A DNA stretch of 64,000 nt from Candidatus Omnitrophota bacterium. GTDB lineage: Bacteria; Omnitrophota; Gorgyraeia; Zapsychrales; Fredricksoniimonadaceae. The position numbers were made by a program, and so were the translations under genes. The notes under the pieces are model-generated. The model had not been told where the DNA came from, did not search any database, and saw only the letters and a list, made by a program, of their open reading frames with translations. The stretch covers positions 49,648-113,647 of the forward strand of contig JACQCF010000014.1 in NCBI GenBank assembly GCA_016201795.1. The letters are read 5' to 3'. Positions 40,423 through 49,300 of the stretch are shown here, one piece after another; within the stretch, counting starts at the first letter, position 1; each line of letters opens with the position of its first letter.

Positions 40423-41760
40423 ATGCATCCTTTAGAATGCCGTCGGTTATTGCCATTGGATTTAAAATCTCTTAATAGTCTTAGTGACTACATTTCTCAG
40501 GGCGGCGGTCAAGCTATCAAAAAAGCTTTGTCCATGGCCCCGGCGGATATTATTGCCCAGATTAAAAAAGCCAATCTGCGCGGTCGCGGGGGAGCGGGGT
40601 TTCCCACGGCTATTAAATGGGGCGGAGTACACAATGAACCCTGTGCCACCAAATATGTGGTCTGCAATTTTTCCGAAGGCGAACCCGGCACCTACAAAGA
40701 CCGCTATAATATCCTCAAAAATCCTTATCATCTTTTCGAAGGCATGGCCATTGCCCTGCACGCCATTGGCGCCAAAGAGGCCTATATCGGCATTAAAGCC
40801 AAGTATAAACCCCAGATTCATCGGCTATTTGAAGCCCGCAAGGAAATGGAGGAAGCCGGACTCATTCCGGCTGGCCTTATTAAGATCCATTTAGGTCCGG
40901 ATGAATACCTGTATGGGGAAGAAAAGGGGCTTCTGGAGTCCATTGACGGCGGTTATCCCATGCCTCGTAATATCCCTCCCTATATTCAAGGAGTTAATTT
41001 TACCCCTGATTCCCCTAATCCTACCTGTGTCAATAATGTTGAAAGCTTCTGCCAGGCGGTCTATATAATAAAGAATGGAGCGGATTGGTTTAAATCCGTG
41101 GGTTCCCAGGATACTCCGGGAACTGTTATGTGTACGGTCTGTGGGGATGTGCAAAAGCCTGGAATATATGAGGTTGCGGCAGGAGCCGTGACTTTAAAAC
41201 AGCTTCTTTATGATATTGCTGGCGGTCCGGTAGGCCAATTTCCCTTAAAAGCCGCCTTTTCGGGGGTGGCTAGCGGAGTAGTGACTGCTGAAGGCTTTGA
41301 TACGCCTCTGGATTTTGGGTCTTTAAAGAAGATAGGCGGCGGTTTGGGCTCAGCCGGCTTTATTGTGTATGACCAAAGCGCCTGCATGGTGCAGGCAGCC
41401 CTTAAATTTTCCAATTTCCTGGCCAAAAGCTCCTGCGGCCAGTGCGTGCCATGTAACAGCGGCACAGCCCAAATTACCGATCATTTGAAGAAAATTGAGT
41501 TTGGCGAGGGTAGTCAGGATGATTTAGAGGCCATTTTGGAGATCTGCGGCCGCTGTACCAATCAAACCCGCTGTTTTCTGCCCACCCAGGAGTCCTTGCT
41601 TATCCCCAGCATTCTCAAAGCGTTTCCTGCTGAATTTAAAAGACATATGAGCGGCCAAAGAGACCCCCAGGAGCGCGATTTGATCCTGCCCAAGATTCAT
41701 GATTATAACGAGGCAACTTGTACCTTTACTTACGACGATCCAGTTAAATTTCCGATTTAA
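40423..41760 (+). CDS. Stand-alone NuoF/HoxF-like flavin-FeS oxidoreductase subunit
   Basis: LRGRGGAGFP..KW, EGEPGTYKDR, GEE, NNVE and SCGQCVPC...C motifs. Confidence 0.85.
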   Translation: MHPLECRRLLPLDLKSLNSLSDYISQGGGQAIKKALSMAPADIIAQIKKANLRGRGGAGFPTAIKWGGVHNEPCATKYVVCNFSEGEPGTYKDRYNILKNPYHLFEGMAIALHAIGAKEAYIGIKAKYKPQIHRLFEARKEMEEAGLIPAGLIKIHLGPDEYLYGEEKGLLESIDGGYPMPRNIPPYIQGVNFTPDSPNPTCVNNVESFCQAVYIIKNGADWFKSVGSQDTPGTVMCTVCGDVQKPGIYEVAAGAVTLKQLLYDIAGGPVGQFPLKAAFSGVASGVVTAEGFDTPLDFGSLKKIGGGLGSAGFIVYDQSACMVQAALKFSNFLAKSSCGQCVPCNSGTAQITDHLKKIEFGEGSQDDLEAILEICGRCTNQTRCFLPTQESLLIPSILKAFPAEFKRHMSGQRDPQERDLILPKIHDYNEATCTFTYDDPVKFPI

Positions 41761-41766
41761 AAACGT

Positions 41767-41869
41767 ATTCCCTCCCCCTTGTGGGGAGGGTTAGGGTGGG
41801 GGGGAAAAAAAGAAGCGATGATTCCTTTTAATCCCCCTCCCCTTACCCCCTCCCACCAAGGGAGGGGAA
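41767..41869 (-). mobile_element. Second gene-less copy of the DUF559-flanking element
   Basis: attccctcccccttgtggggagggttagggtggggg, spacer, ccccctccccttaccccctcccaccaagggaggggaa; the spacer shares cgatgat with the 29961 copy. Confidence 0.65.
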
Positions 41870-42100
41870 CCACAGTAAAAATTTTTCTAAAAACTCTTGA
41901 CATCACCTTTAACCGATGGCAGAATACATTTACTTTGACGAGGGCTAAATGTCCGAGTCGGATTTTTTCACCCTGGTGATTTGAATTTTGACTGAGAAAG
42001 GAGGGATGAGATAGAAACGGTCACAAATCATCAATATGGGGTCTATGATTGATTATTCCTAGGCTAATAGACACCTAGATATATATAGAATTCAATCCTT

Positions 42101-42187
42101 GTGTCATTGCGAAGGAGCGAAGCGACTGAAGCAATCTTTTAAAAGGATTGCTTCGCTAAAAGCAAAAAGCGACGCTCGCAATGACAC
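42101..42187. repeat. GTCATTGCGA...GCAATC-type palindromic REP doublet
   Basis: gtgtcattgcga/tcgcaatgacac termini and inner gaagcaatc/gattgcttc; homologous to 13487-13578. Confidence 0.8.
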
Positions 42188-42204
42188 ACACAGGGAGGAA
42201 ACAA

Positions 42205-43638
42205 ATGAGAAATAAACTAGTTTTAGCTTTAGCCGCAGCTGTCCTTATGGCTGTTCCGGCTTATGCTGCCGTTCAGAACGTGAAGGTCTCTGGCGACATT
42301 GACTCCACGTATTTGAACCGTCAGCATTTTAACCTTGGAATAAGAAGTGGTACATCACCGGAAGGTGAAAAAGGTTTGAAGAATCAAAGCGTGTTCCTGA
42401 CTCAAGCCCGTCTTCGCGTGGATGCGGATTTAAGCGATAATGTGTCCACCACCGTGGGTTTGATTAATGAACGTGCTTGGACTTCTGAAACCGCTGCTGG
42501 TATTGCAGCCCAAAATACCGACGTGCAGCTTTATCTGGCTTATGCCACGTTCCGTGAGTTGTTATATTCTCCGCTCACCGTGACGATTGGTCGTCAGATA
42601 TTCAACTACGGTAACGGGTTAATCATTGGCGATGGTGGTCCAAACAATCTGGCTACGGGTAATTTGGGTATCGTAGCTGCGGATCTTACCAAAAGAACCA
42701 GTTACGATGGTATCAAAGCCGTCTTAGATTACAAACCGTTGACCATAGACTTGTTTTACTTCAAAAATCAACAGGATAACGTGACTGGTAGCTTGGATGC
42801 TATTAAAACCAATTCCGATGTTTATGGGGCCAATGCCAATTATCAATTGGGTGATGCCTATAACACGGTGGTGGAGGCTTATATCTTCGCCAGACTCAAT
42901 GGTAAAAATAGTTGTATTAACACTGATAGTGAGTTTTGTGAAAGTGAGACAGAGCCAGAAGATAAGAGTGAACAATTGTATGTCCCTGGTTTGCGTGTCA
43001 GCACCAATCCTATTAAAGGGTTGAATACGCAAGTGGAACTGGCCTGGCAAGGCGGCCGTAGAGGTAGAGACGATAATGAGATCTCTGTCCGCCGTCAAGC
43101 CATGGCTGCGCAATTTATGGCCAGCTATGCTTTACCGATAGCTGAATTACAGAAGTATAAACCAGTCGCTTCTGCATCTTTCACCCATGTTTCTGGCGAT
43201 AAGGATAACACCTCTATCTCCAAAAAAGCCTATACTGGCTGGGATCCCTTCAATGAAGCCCAGGGCAGCGGTACTATTTATAATAGTATCTTTGACTTGA
43301 CCAATATGAATATCGCCTCTGTTGGTCTTCAAGCCACTCCTATGCAGGATGTGACTGCCCAGTTTACCTGGAGCGGTTTGTGGGCCGACAAAAAGCTTAC
43401 TCCTGCAAATGCGTTGACCTTCCGTCAACCGGATAGGACGAGTACTGCTCTTGCTCCAGCTGTTAATAGTAGCCATAAGTTCATGGGCAGTGAGTATGAC
43501 CTAGGCGTCAACTATGCCTATACCGAAGATGTGAGTTTCGGTTTGTCTTTAGGCTGGTTTGTTCCTGGCAGCTTGTTCACCAATGCTAATGACAGCACGG
43601 CAAGCCAGGCTATTGCTCACGTATTAGTTAATTTCTAA
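42205..43638 (+). CDS. Outer-membrane beta-barrel porin (alginate-export-like)
   Basis: Signal peptide ending AYA; TIGRQ...YG.G..IG and G.EYD...Y.YTEDV; C-terminal Phe; strong SD. Confidence 0.8.
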   Translation: MRNKLVLALAAAVLMAVPAYAAVQNVKVSGDIDSTYLNRQHFNLGIRSGTSPEGEKGLKNQSVFLTQARLRVDADLSDNVSTTVGLINERAWTSETAAGIAAQNTDVQLYLAYATFRELLYSPLTVTIGRQIFNYGNGLIIGDGGPNNLATGNLGIVAADLTKRTSYDGIKAVLDYKPLTIDLFYFKNQQDNVTGSLDAIKTNSDVYGANANYQLGDAYNTVVEAYIFARLNGKNSCINTDSEFCESETEPEDKSEQLYVPGLRVSTNPIKGLNTQVELAWQGGRRGRDDNEISVRRQAMAAQFMASYALPIAELQKYKPVASASFTHVSGDKDNTSISKKAYTGWDPFNEAQGSGTIYNSIFDLTNMNIASVGLQATPMQDVTAQFTWSGLWADKKLTPANALTFRQPDRTSTALAPAVNSSHKFMGSEYDLGVNYAYTEDVSFGLSLGWFVPGSLFTNANDSTASQAIAHVLVNF

Positions 43639-43664
43639 TCAAGTTAACTTAATATTGTGTTTAC

Positions 43665-43710
43665 AAAATCCCGCCCCGTCCCGCATTTGCGGGACGGGGC
43701 GGGATTTTTG
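43665..43710 (+). terminator. Rho-independent terminator, possibly bidirectional
   Basis: 20-bp stem aaaatcccgccccgtcccgc/gcgggacggggcgggatttt followed by a T-rich tract. Confidence 0.85.
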
Positions 43711-43839
43711 TTTATAGACCTCATTTAAGATTTTTCACTTTCTATTTTGTATTTCATTTTTCTTTGTTAATATAAATACGCTATTCCTTAATAGATTGCG
43801 TTATTTATTTTGATAGAAAGTGTTAGGTTAAGAGCAGTT

Positions 43840-44415
43840 ATGACCCGGGATGAAATATACGAGCACCTGGCCAAGGTTTACCTTGGCAAGCGTGAAAACG
43901 CCGCCCAACGAAAAAAGAAAAGAACCTTAAACCAGTCATGGCTGGTCATCAATATCGTGATTACAGCCGTGATTCTGATCTCGACGGTGTATGGGTTTAC
44001 GGCTTTTTTAACCCGCCGGGTAGTTTTGCAAAATCAGGTCTTCTATGCTTTAAATAATAATCCGATTCGTATCGCTTACGATCTCAATGATCCTTTTCCG
44101 TCGACCAAAACATTTTCGATTACCATCCCTCGCAAGGACGCATCCAAATACAGCCGTTTGAATTTGACCATTCGCGGCATGAACGCGGCTTATCCGGGGA
44201 TTGTGAAAATGATTGTCGGTAATCAACGCAATGAAAAGGCTACTTATTTTATTCAGAATGTGCAGAGCCATTGGCAAAAGGTCAGTGTTCCTCTGGAGAA
44301 ATTGAATTTGACGGACTGGACAACGGTGACTGATGTTTCTTTTATGCTGGAAGCCTGGAATGTGGATTTTAAAAAAGGTGCGGTGCTTATTGATGATATA
44401 TCGTTTTCAAATTAG
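43840..44415 (+). CDS. Membrane-anchored protein with a CBM11/CIA30-like beta-sandwich domain
   Basis: Basic N-terminus and TM, then WQKVSVPL..L...DW..V....F...G...IDDI.F. Confidence 0.6.
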   Translation: MTRDEIYEHLAKVYLGKRENAAQRKKKRTLNQSWLVINIVITAVILISTVYGFTAFLTRRVVLQNQVFYALNNNPIRIAYDLNDPFPSTKTFSITIPRKDASKYSRLNLTIRGMNAAYPGIVKMIVGNQRNEKATYFIQNVQSHWQKVSVPLEKLNLTDWTTVTDVSFMLEAWNVDFKKGAVLIDDISFSN

Positions 44416-44442
44416 TAGGGGCGGGGTGACCCCGTCCCCTAC
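44415..44442. repeat. GTAG-type REP palindrome
   Basis: gtaggggcggggtgaccccgtcccctac. Confidence 0.75.
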
Positions 44443-44457
44443 AGCGCAAGGGGGTTT

Positions 44458-45591
44458 ATGAAAACTATTTCCATAGCCAATCAAAAAGGCGGGTGCGGCA
44501 AAACAACCACAGCCATTAACCTTGCTTCGAGTCTTGGCTTTATGGGCAAGAAAACCCTTTTGATTGATCTGGATCCTCAAGCCCATGCCACCCTCGGGCT
44601 TAATATCAACGACAGCTATAGCCTTTACAATGTCATTTCCAAATTAACCCCCCATAAATTAAAAATTAAGGAAATCATCAAGAGCGTGAGTAAGAATTTC
44701 GATATTGTACCCTCTAACGTTCTGTTGGGGACTTTGGAGCAGGAGTTGACGGATGAAATCGGCCGTGAATTGAAATTAGTTGAGATTTTAGTGGAGGTCA
44801 AAGGGGAGTACGATTATATTCTCATTGATTGCCCGCCGAGCCTCGGTTTTTTAACCGTTAATGCCCTGCGCGCCAGCGATCAGGTGATGATACCGGTGGA
44901 AACCAGCCGTTTTTCCATGCAGGGGGTGGATCATTTAACGGATATCATCAATCTTATCCGTGACCGTCTCAATCATCCGGTGCAGGAAAGAATTCTCATT
45001 ACCATGTTTGATTCCCGCCTGCGTCATTCTTTTGCCATGTTCTCCAAAATGAAAGAGAAGTTCGGCAAACTCCTCTATGATACGATCGTACATATTAATG
45101 TGAAACTTAAAGAATCAGCGGTGATGGGGGAGGCGGTTTTAAAATACGATAAATACTGCCGTGGCTCCAAGGATTATTTGAGTTTAGCCCGTGAGATTCT
45201 TTTGCTGGATCGGCTGCCTTCTTTGGGGGTGGTCTCTGAGACGACTCTAAAGACAGCTGAAGGAACCGATCAGACCTATAAGCCTTCCCAACGTATGCAG
45301 GATTTGGTTGTTAAAAAGACTTCGGAATTTGTGGGATCGGCCGCTTTTTCTTTGAAAGCGCCGCAAGCAGCCTTGGTGTATGTTACGGGATCTTTTAATG
45401 ACTGGTCTTTGGATGAAAAATGCCGCATGTCCAATAAGGACGGGCTCTGGACGCTTCGCCTGCCGCTGGCGGCTGGTGTTTACAAATATCAGTTTATCGT
45501 CGATGGTAAATGGCAGGAAGATCCCGAGAATAAAAATACCGAACGCAATTCTTTTGGAGATATCAATTCGCTTATCGAGGTCAAAGGCTGA
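44458..45591 (+). CDS. ParA/Soj-family ATPase fused to an AMPK-beta-type CBM48 glycogen-binding domain
   Basis: NQKGGCGKTT, IDLDPQ, IDCPP and TMFDSR; C-terminal VYVTGSFNDW...YKYQFIVDGKWQEDP...FGDINS. Confidence 0.9.
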   Translation: MKTISIANQKGGCGKTTTAINLASSLGFMGKKTLLIDLDPQAHATLGLNINDSYSLYNVISKLTPHKLKIKEIIKSVSKNFDIVPSNVLLGTLEQELTDEIGRELKLVEILVEVKGEYDYILIDCPPSLGFLTVNALRASDQVMIPVETSRFSMQGVDHLTDIINLIRDRLNHPVQERILITMFDSRLRHSFAMFSKMKEKFGKLLYDTIVHINVKLKESAVMGEAVLKYDKYCRGSKDYLSLAREILLLDRLPSLGVVSETTLKTAEGTDQTYKPSQRMQDLVVKKTSEFVGSAAFSLKAPQAALVYVTGSFNDWSLDEKCRMSNKDGLWTLRLPLAAGVYKYQFIVDGKWQEDPENKNTERNSFGDINSLIEVKG

Positions 45592-45908
45592 TGCCGCAAG
45601 GTTTTTCCAAAAAGGATATTCTGGACGGAAAAATATATGCGCTTTTAGCCTACTTGTCCATCCTTTGTATCATTCCTCTGATTCTTAAAAAAGACAATCC
45701 TTTTGTGCTGGCCCATGGTAAACAGGGTTTGATTCTTTTCATTGTTGAGACGGCTGTCTGGATTTTAAGCATTGTCGTTCCACTCCTCTGGGCGCCTTTG
45801 ATGTTTATTCTGATGACCTTATCTTTTTGGGGATTGATGGCCGTGGTTAAAGGAGAGTTCACTCGTCTGCCGCTGGTGGCCGATTGGGCGGATAAAGTCT
45901 CTTTATGA
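45591..45908 (+). CDS. DUF4870-like membrane protein
   Basis: ALLAYL...IPLI.KKDNPFV..H.KQGL and RLPLV; TGATG coupling with the ParA fusion. Confidence 0.75.
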   Translation: MPQGFSKKDILDGKIYALLAYLSILCIIPLILKKDNPFVLAHGKQGLILFIVETAVWILSIVVPLLWAPLMFILMTLSFWGLMAVVKGEFTRLPLVADWADKVSL

Positions 45909-45927
45909 AATTTGAGGGTCTTTTGAT

Positions 45928-46383
45928 ATGTCCATCCTTAAGAAATTTTCAGATACCCTTAAAGAGGTTTTCTGGATAAAATCTTCTCGTCAGAAAAAGT
46001 CTTCCCGCCGTCGTAAAGTTTCCGTTAAGAAAACAGTTAAGAAAAATAAACCCACCAAGGTCAAAAAAAGACCTGCGGCCAAACCATTACGTCCAGTTAA
46101 AGCGCTGGCTAAAATAAAAACTGTTCCGTTAGATCCCCATTTAGTGAAGGCCGGTGAAATCACTCATTACTTTGACCGCATTAAGGTGGGGGTGGTCAAA
46201 ATTAGCCGGGGAACCATTTTGATTGGCGATCGATTAACCATCGTTGGTAAAAAGAGCAAATTTGTCCAGAAAGTCTGGTCTATGCAAATTGAAAGCCAGG
46301 ACGTCAAGGTAGCTAAAAAAGGCCAGCTCATCGGCCTTAAAGTGGATAAACCTGCGCAGGCGGGAGATGTTGTTTATAAATAG
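45928..46383 (+). CDS. Lys/Arg-rich protein with a translation-factor-like beta-barrel
   Basis: Basic low-complexity N-terminal half; GEITHYFDRIKVGVV..GD.L.I.G..F.Q.V.SMQIE..A.KG..IGLKV. Confidence 0.7.
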   Translation: MSILKKFSDTLKEVFWIKSSRQKKSSRRRKVSVKKTVKKNKPTKVKKRPAAKPLRPVKALAKIKTVPLDPHLVKAGEITHYFDRIKVGVVKISRGTILIGDRLTIVGKKSKFVQKVWSMQIESQDVKVAKKGQLIGLKVDKPAQAGDVVYK

Positions 46384-46406
46384 AATGTATGGTATATTTA
46401 ACTTAA

Positions 46407-46586
46407 ATGAAAAATAATAAAGGTCAAAATGTGGTGGAGTATATCTTGGTAGCGGTCGCTGTGGTGCTGGTGTGTTTGGTCCTTTTAAATCCGCAGTCAG
46501 GTCCTGTAAAGAAATCCGTAGAAACCACCCTTAACAGCACCGTGGATAGCATCAATAGCATCGCCAACACAATTCAGTTTCAATGA
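46407..46586 (+). CDS. Flp/type IVb pilin-like protein (59 aa, absent from the ORF track)
   Basis: MKNNKG|QNVVEYILVAVAVVLV: class III prepilin site with Glu+5 and Tyr+6; ATGA overlap with the next gene. Confidence 0.8.
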   Translation: MKNNKGQNVVEYILVAVAVVLVCLVLLNPQSGPVKKSVETTLNSTVDSINSIANTIQFQ

Positions 46587-47005
46587 ACATGAGCGCCAAC
46601 CACAAGGATTTAATCCGCCGCTACTTGCTCTGGGCGTATCAAACCACCAAAGAATCTTTTGAGCGTATTGAGCGTAAAACCACCCAGTTGATGGTGGATG
46701 AATATCTGTTAAAAACTTTAAATCGGATGGCGAAGCCGCCCAAAAGTATTCAAAAGGATTATCAGAAACTCGTCGATGAGTTTAAGCAATATATAGTCAA
46801 CAAAAAACAGGACGAGCTCAAGCAGAAATTTACCGACGAGACAAGCAAGTCTTTTCACCCCCAGTATTTGTATTTAAGAAATCGTCTTGGGGCCATCGAA
46901 GAGGCTGTGAAATATTTTCTCGGTTCCCGCCAGCTTAAAGCGATGAAAGCGCTTTATGAAGAGGAATTCACCCGTCGTATTCTGCAAGCTAGAGAGCATT
47001 CATAA
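46583..47005 (+). CDS. Hypothetical helical protein
   Basis: ORF coupled to genes at both ends; no family recognised. Confidence 0.6.
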   Translation: MNMSANHKDLIRRYLLWAYQTTKESFERIERKTTQLMVDEYLLKTLNRMAKPPKSIQKDYQKLVDEFKQYIVNKKQDELKQKFTDETSKSFHPQYLYLRNRLGAIEEAVKYFLGSRQLKAMKALYEEEFTRRILQAREHS

Positions 47006-47436
47006 TGATGCGTATAGTATTATTTATTATATTATGTTTAGGTTTTGGGGTGCGCGTATCGGATGCCGCCATTGAAATTTATGCGGCCGGTCAGCATTTT
47101 GATTCTTTCGAAGATTATCAGAAAAGCCGACAGAACAATTTAGAGCCCCTCCATGCGCCTTTGATTCCTGGGCAGGTTCGCCAAAAACTGGAGAAGGTCA
47201 GCTATAATGACGGTATTGATCATGTGGTGGTAGATTTTCAGCAAGATTGGCAGAACCCTAAACCCCGATTTATTCTGGATGCGGATGAGCTTGAGCAGGC
47301 CATTCGCGAGACTATGGGCGACCAACAGCAGCCTATGCTTTTAATTTCCGATCCTCAAAAGATGCGTATGATGTCTTATTCCCCCCAAGACAAGTTACCC
47401 TCAGATCAAAATACACAGGATGGACAAAAGCCGTAA
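47005..47436 (+). CDS. Secreted hypothetical protein
   Basis: Signal peptide ending SDA; TAATG coupling. Confidence 0.55.
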   Translation: MMRIVLFIILCLGFGVRVSDAAIEIYAAGQHFDSFEDYQKSRQNNLEPLHAPLIPGQVRQKLEKVSYNDGIDHVVVDFQQDWQNPKPRFILDADELEQAIRETMGDQQQPMLLISDPQKMRMMSYSPQDKLPSDQNTQDGQKP

Positions 47437-47471
47437 AGAATGTAATAATAAAAGCAAAACAGGGAGGATCT

Positions 47472-47645
47472 GTGGCTGAACAGAAGAAAGATGAAAACTG
47501 TTGCAATGGCTGTGCGGGAGTCAAAAAGCTTATCGTGGGGCTCATTTTAGGGGTTTTAATCTTTGTGGCTGGCTACTATTTTGCCAAGGGTCAATGCCCT
47601 TTTAGCCAGAGGGCTATCTGCCCACTCTATCACGCCAATCCTTGA
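47472..47645 (+). CDS. Small Cys-rich single-TM protein (57 aa, absent from the ORF track)
   Basis: GGGAGG SD and GTG start; MAEQKKDENCCNGCAG, a TM, then KGQCPFSQRAICPLYHANP. Confidence 0.6.
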   Translation: MAEQKKDENCCNGCAGVKKLIVGLILGVLIFVAGYYFAKGQCPFSQRAICPLYHANP

Positions 47646-47763
47646 AAATGTCCTGTTGATTGAGCGTACAGGACAGTTCTGATAAGAAAATTCCAGAAGG
47701 GGTAAAAATTATTTTTCCCGTCGAAGATGTGTTATACTTTTTTGAAATATTGAAAGGGTTTTG

Positions 47764-49299
47764 ATGCGTGCCGGAGTTATTGATATAGGATCATCTTCGA
47801 CCAAACTGCTCATCGGGGAACGCCATGGCGAAGACATCAAAATCATTGAGTCTCTTAAGAACGCCATTCCACTGGGCCGTCATGCCTTTTTAAAAAGCCG
47901 TATTCCGCAGACCATTATCAACCAAACCGCCTCTGTCTTACAAAAATACAAAGAGACCTTCAAAGAATATGACGTGGCGGATGTCATGGTCATTGCCACC
48001 ACCGCCGTGCGTGAGGCGCGCAACCAGGATATTTTCCTGGATACAGTTTTGCGTAAGACCGGTTTTAAGATTGATGTGCTCAACGCCGGGGATGTGGTTT
48101 ATTACATTGATTATTTTCTTTCTCATAAGCTCAAGAAAACTTATCCGGTGGCGGAAAAGAATCTGTTGATCGCGGAATTGGGAGCGGGAAGCCTGGATAT
48201 GTCCGTGGTGGAAAAAGGTTTAACGCTTATGAATATCGGCTTTCCCATCGGGACCTTACGCCTGTCTCAGTTTATGGAAAATTTAGACGGCTCCATGCAG
48301 GAGGTGCATGAGGCCACCGAAGAATACATTGAGAACGAAATTTTGTTTTTAAAAAAGAACAATCCCGGGCTTGTCATTGACGATATTATTCTCATCGATG
48401 AAAATTATTCGGTATTCATTCAAAACATTCTGCCCAACAAACGCCGTGATTCGGACTTTTTTAAATTCAAAGCCTCCGAGGCACAGGAGTTCTTATCCCG
48501 CCTGCGGCAGATGAACGCCCAGGAAATTGAGCGAACCTACGGGGTCCCTTCCGATATTGCGGCCACCATCGTCGGTTTTGCGATTATTCTTAACACGCTT
48601 TTTAAGCTTAACAAAAACGAGCATGTGTATATTCTGGAGGCTTCTTTGTCGGAGGCGATTTTAGCCAATCAGCTGTTTCGTCTGGAGGCCTCTGAAAAAA
48701 CGGATAAATTAAGCCAGTTGGTTTCCGTGGCGCATTTTCTCTGCCGTAGATACGGCATGGATTTAGATCACCTCAAGCACGTGGCCTTTTTTACCGAGCA
48801 GTTGTTCGAGGCTTTTAAGGACATTTTAGGTTTGAGTTCGCAGGACCGTCTGTATTTGATTTTAGCGGCCTATTTGCATGATCTGGGAATGTTTATCAAT
48901 AACCGTTCGCATCATAAACACAGTGAATATATTATTAGCTCCTCGAATTTGTTCCGTTTAACCGAGGATGAAATTGATATCATTGCCTGTATTGCCCGTT
49001 ATCATCGTCGTTCGGCACCGCTCAAAACCCATCTGGTGTATAATTCGCTTTCTTCGAATCAGCAGATTCTGGTACAAAAATTAAGCGCCCTGCTTCGCAT
49101 TGCCAATGCGCTGGACCGTTCGCATAAACAAAAGGCCAAACGCATTGCGGTCAAATTCAATGAAAGCGGCGATGCGACCATTGTGGTTTTTACGCACGAG
49201 AACTTTTTGCTGGAGAAAGAGAATTTCTTGGAGAAAAAAGAATTGCTTGAGGAGATTACCGGTAATAAATTGACCTTGACGGTCAAGAGTCAGGACTGA
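47764..49299 (+). CDS. ppx: Exopolyphosphatase Ppx/GppA with HD domain
   Basis: IDIGS, ATTAVREA, ELGAGS, LHDLG, HHKHS and LRIANALD motifs. Confidence 0.88.
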   Translation: MRAGVIDIGSSSTKLLIGERHGEDIKIIESLKNAIPLGRHAFLKSRIPQTIINQTASVLQKYKETFKEYDVADVMVIATTAVREARNQDIFLDTVLRKTGFKIDVLNAGDVVYYIDYFLSHKLKKTYPVAEKNLLIAELGAGSLDMSVVEKGLTLMNIGFPIGTLRLSQFMENLDGSMQEVHEATEEYIENEILFLKKNNPGLVIDDIILIDENYSVFIQNILPNKRRDSDFFKFKASEAQEFLSRLRQMNAQEIERTYGVPSDIAATIVGFAIILNTLFKLNKNEHVYILEASLSEAILANQLFRLEASEKTDKLSQLVSVAHFLCRRYGMDLDHLKHVAFFTEQLFEAFKDILGLSSQDRLYLILAAYLHDLGMFINNRSHHKHSEYIISSSNLFRLTEDEIDIIACIARYHRRSAPLKTHLVYNSLSSNQQILVQKLSALLRIANALDRSHKQKAKRIAVKFNESGDATIVVFTHENFLLEKENFLEKKELLEEITGNKLTLTVKSQD

Positions 49300-49300
49300 C

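Noticed and set aside
41779-41979. 66-aa ORF starting MWGGLGWGG
   Set aside because: It is a read-through of the palindromic element and the downstream promoter region.
41995-42014. Strong SD followed by ATG-AGA-TAG in the porin leader
   Set aside because: SD-to-ATG spacing is too short and there is no other support for a regulatory mini-ORF or riboswitch.
1801-44442. GC-rich repeats as a possible CRISPR array
   Set aside because: The copies are dispersed and inverted, with no regular repeat-spacer period and no cas genes.
44458-45591. ParA as the chromosomal parAB or a plasmid partition locus
   Set aside because: There is no adjacent parB, recognisable parS, rep or origin-region gene, and the protein carries a CBM48 fusion.
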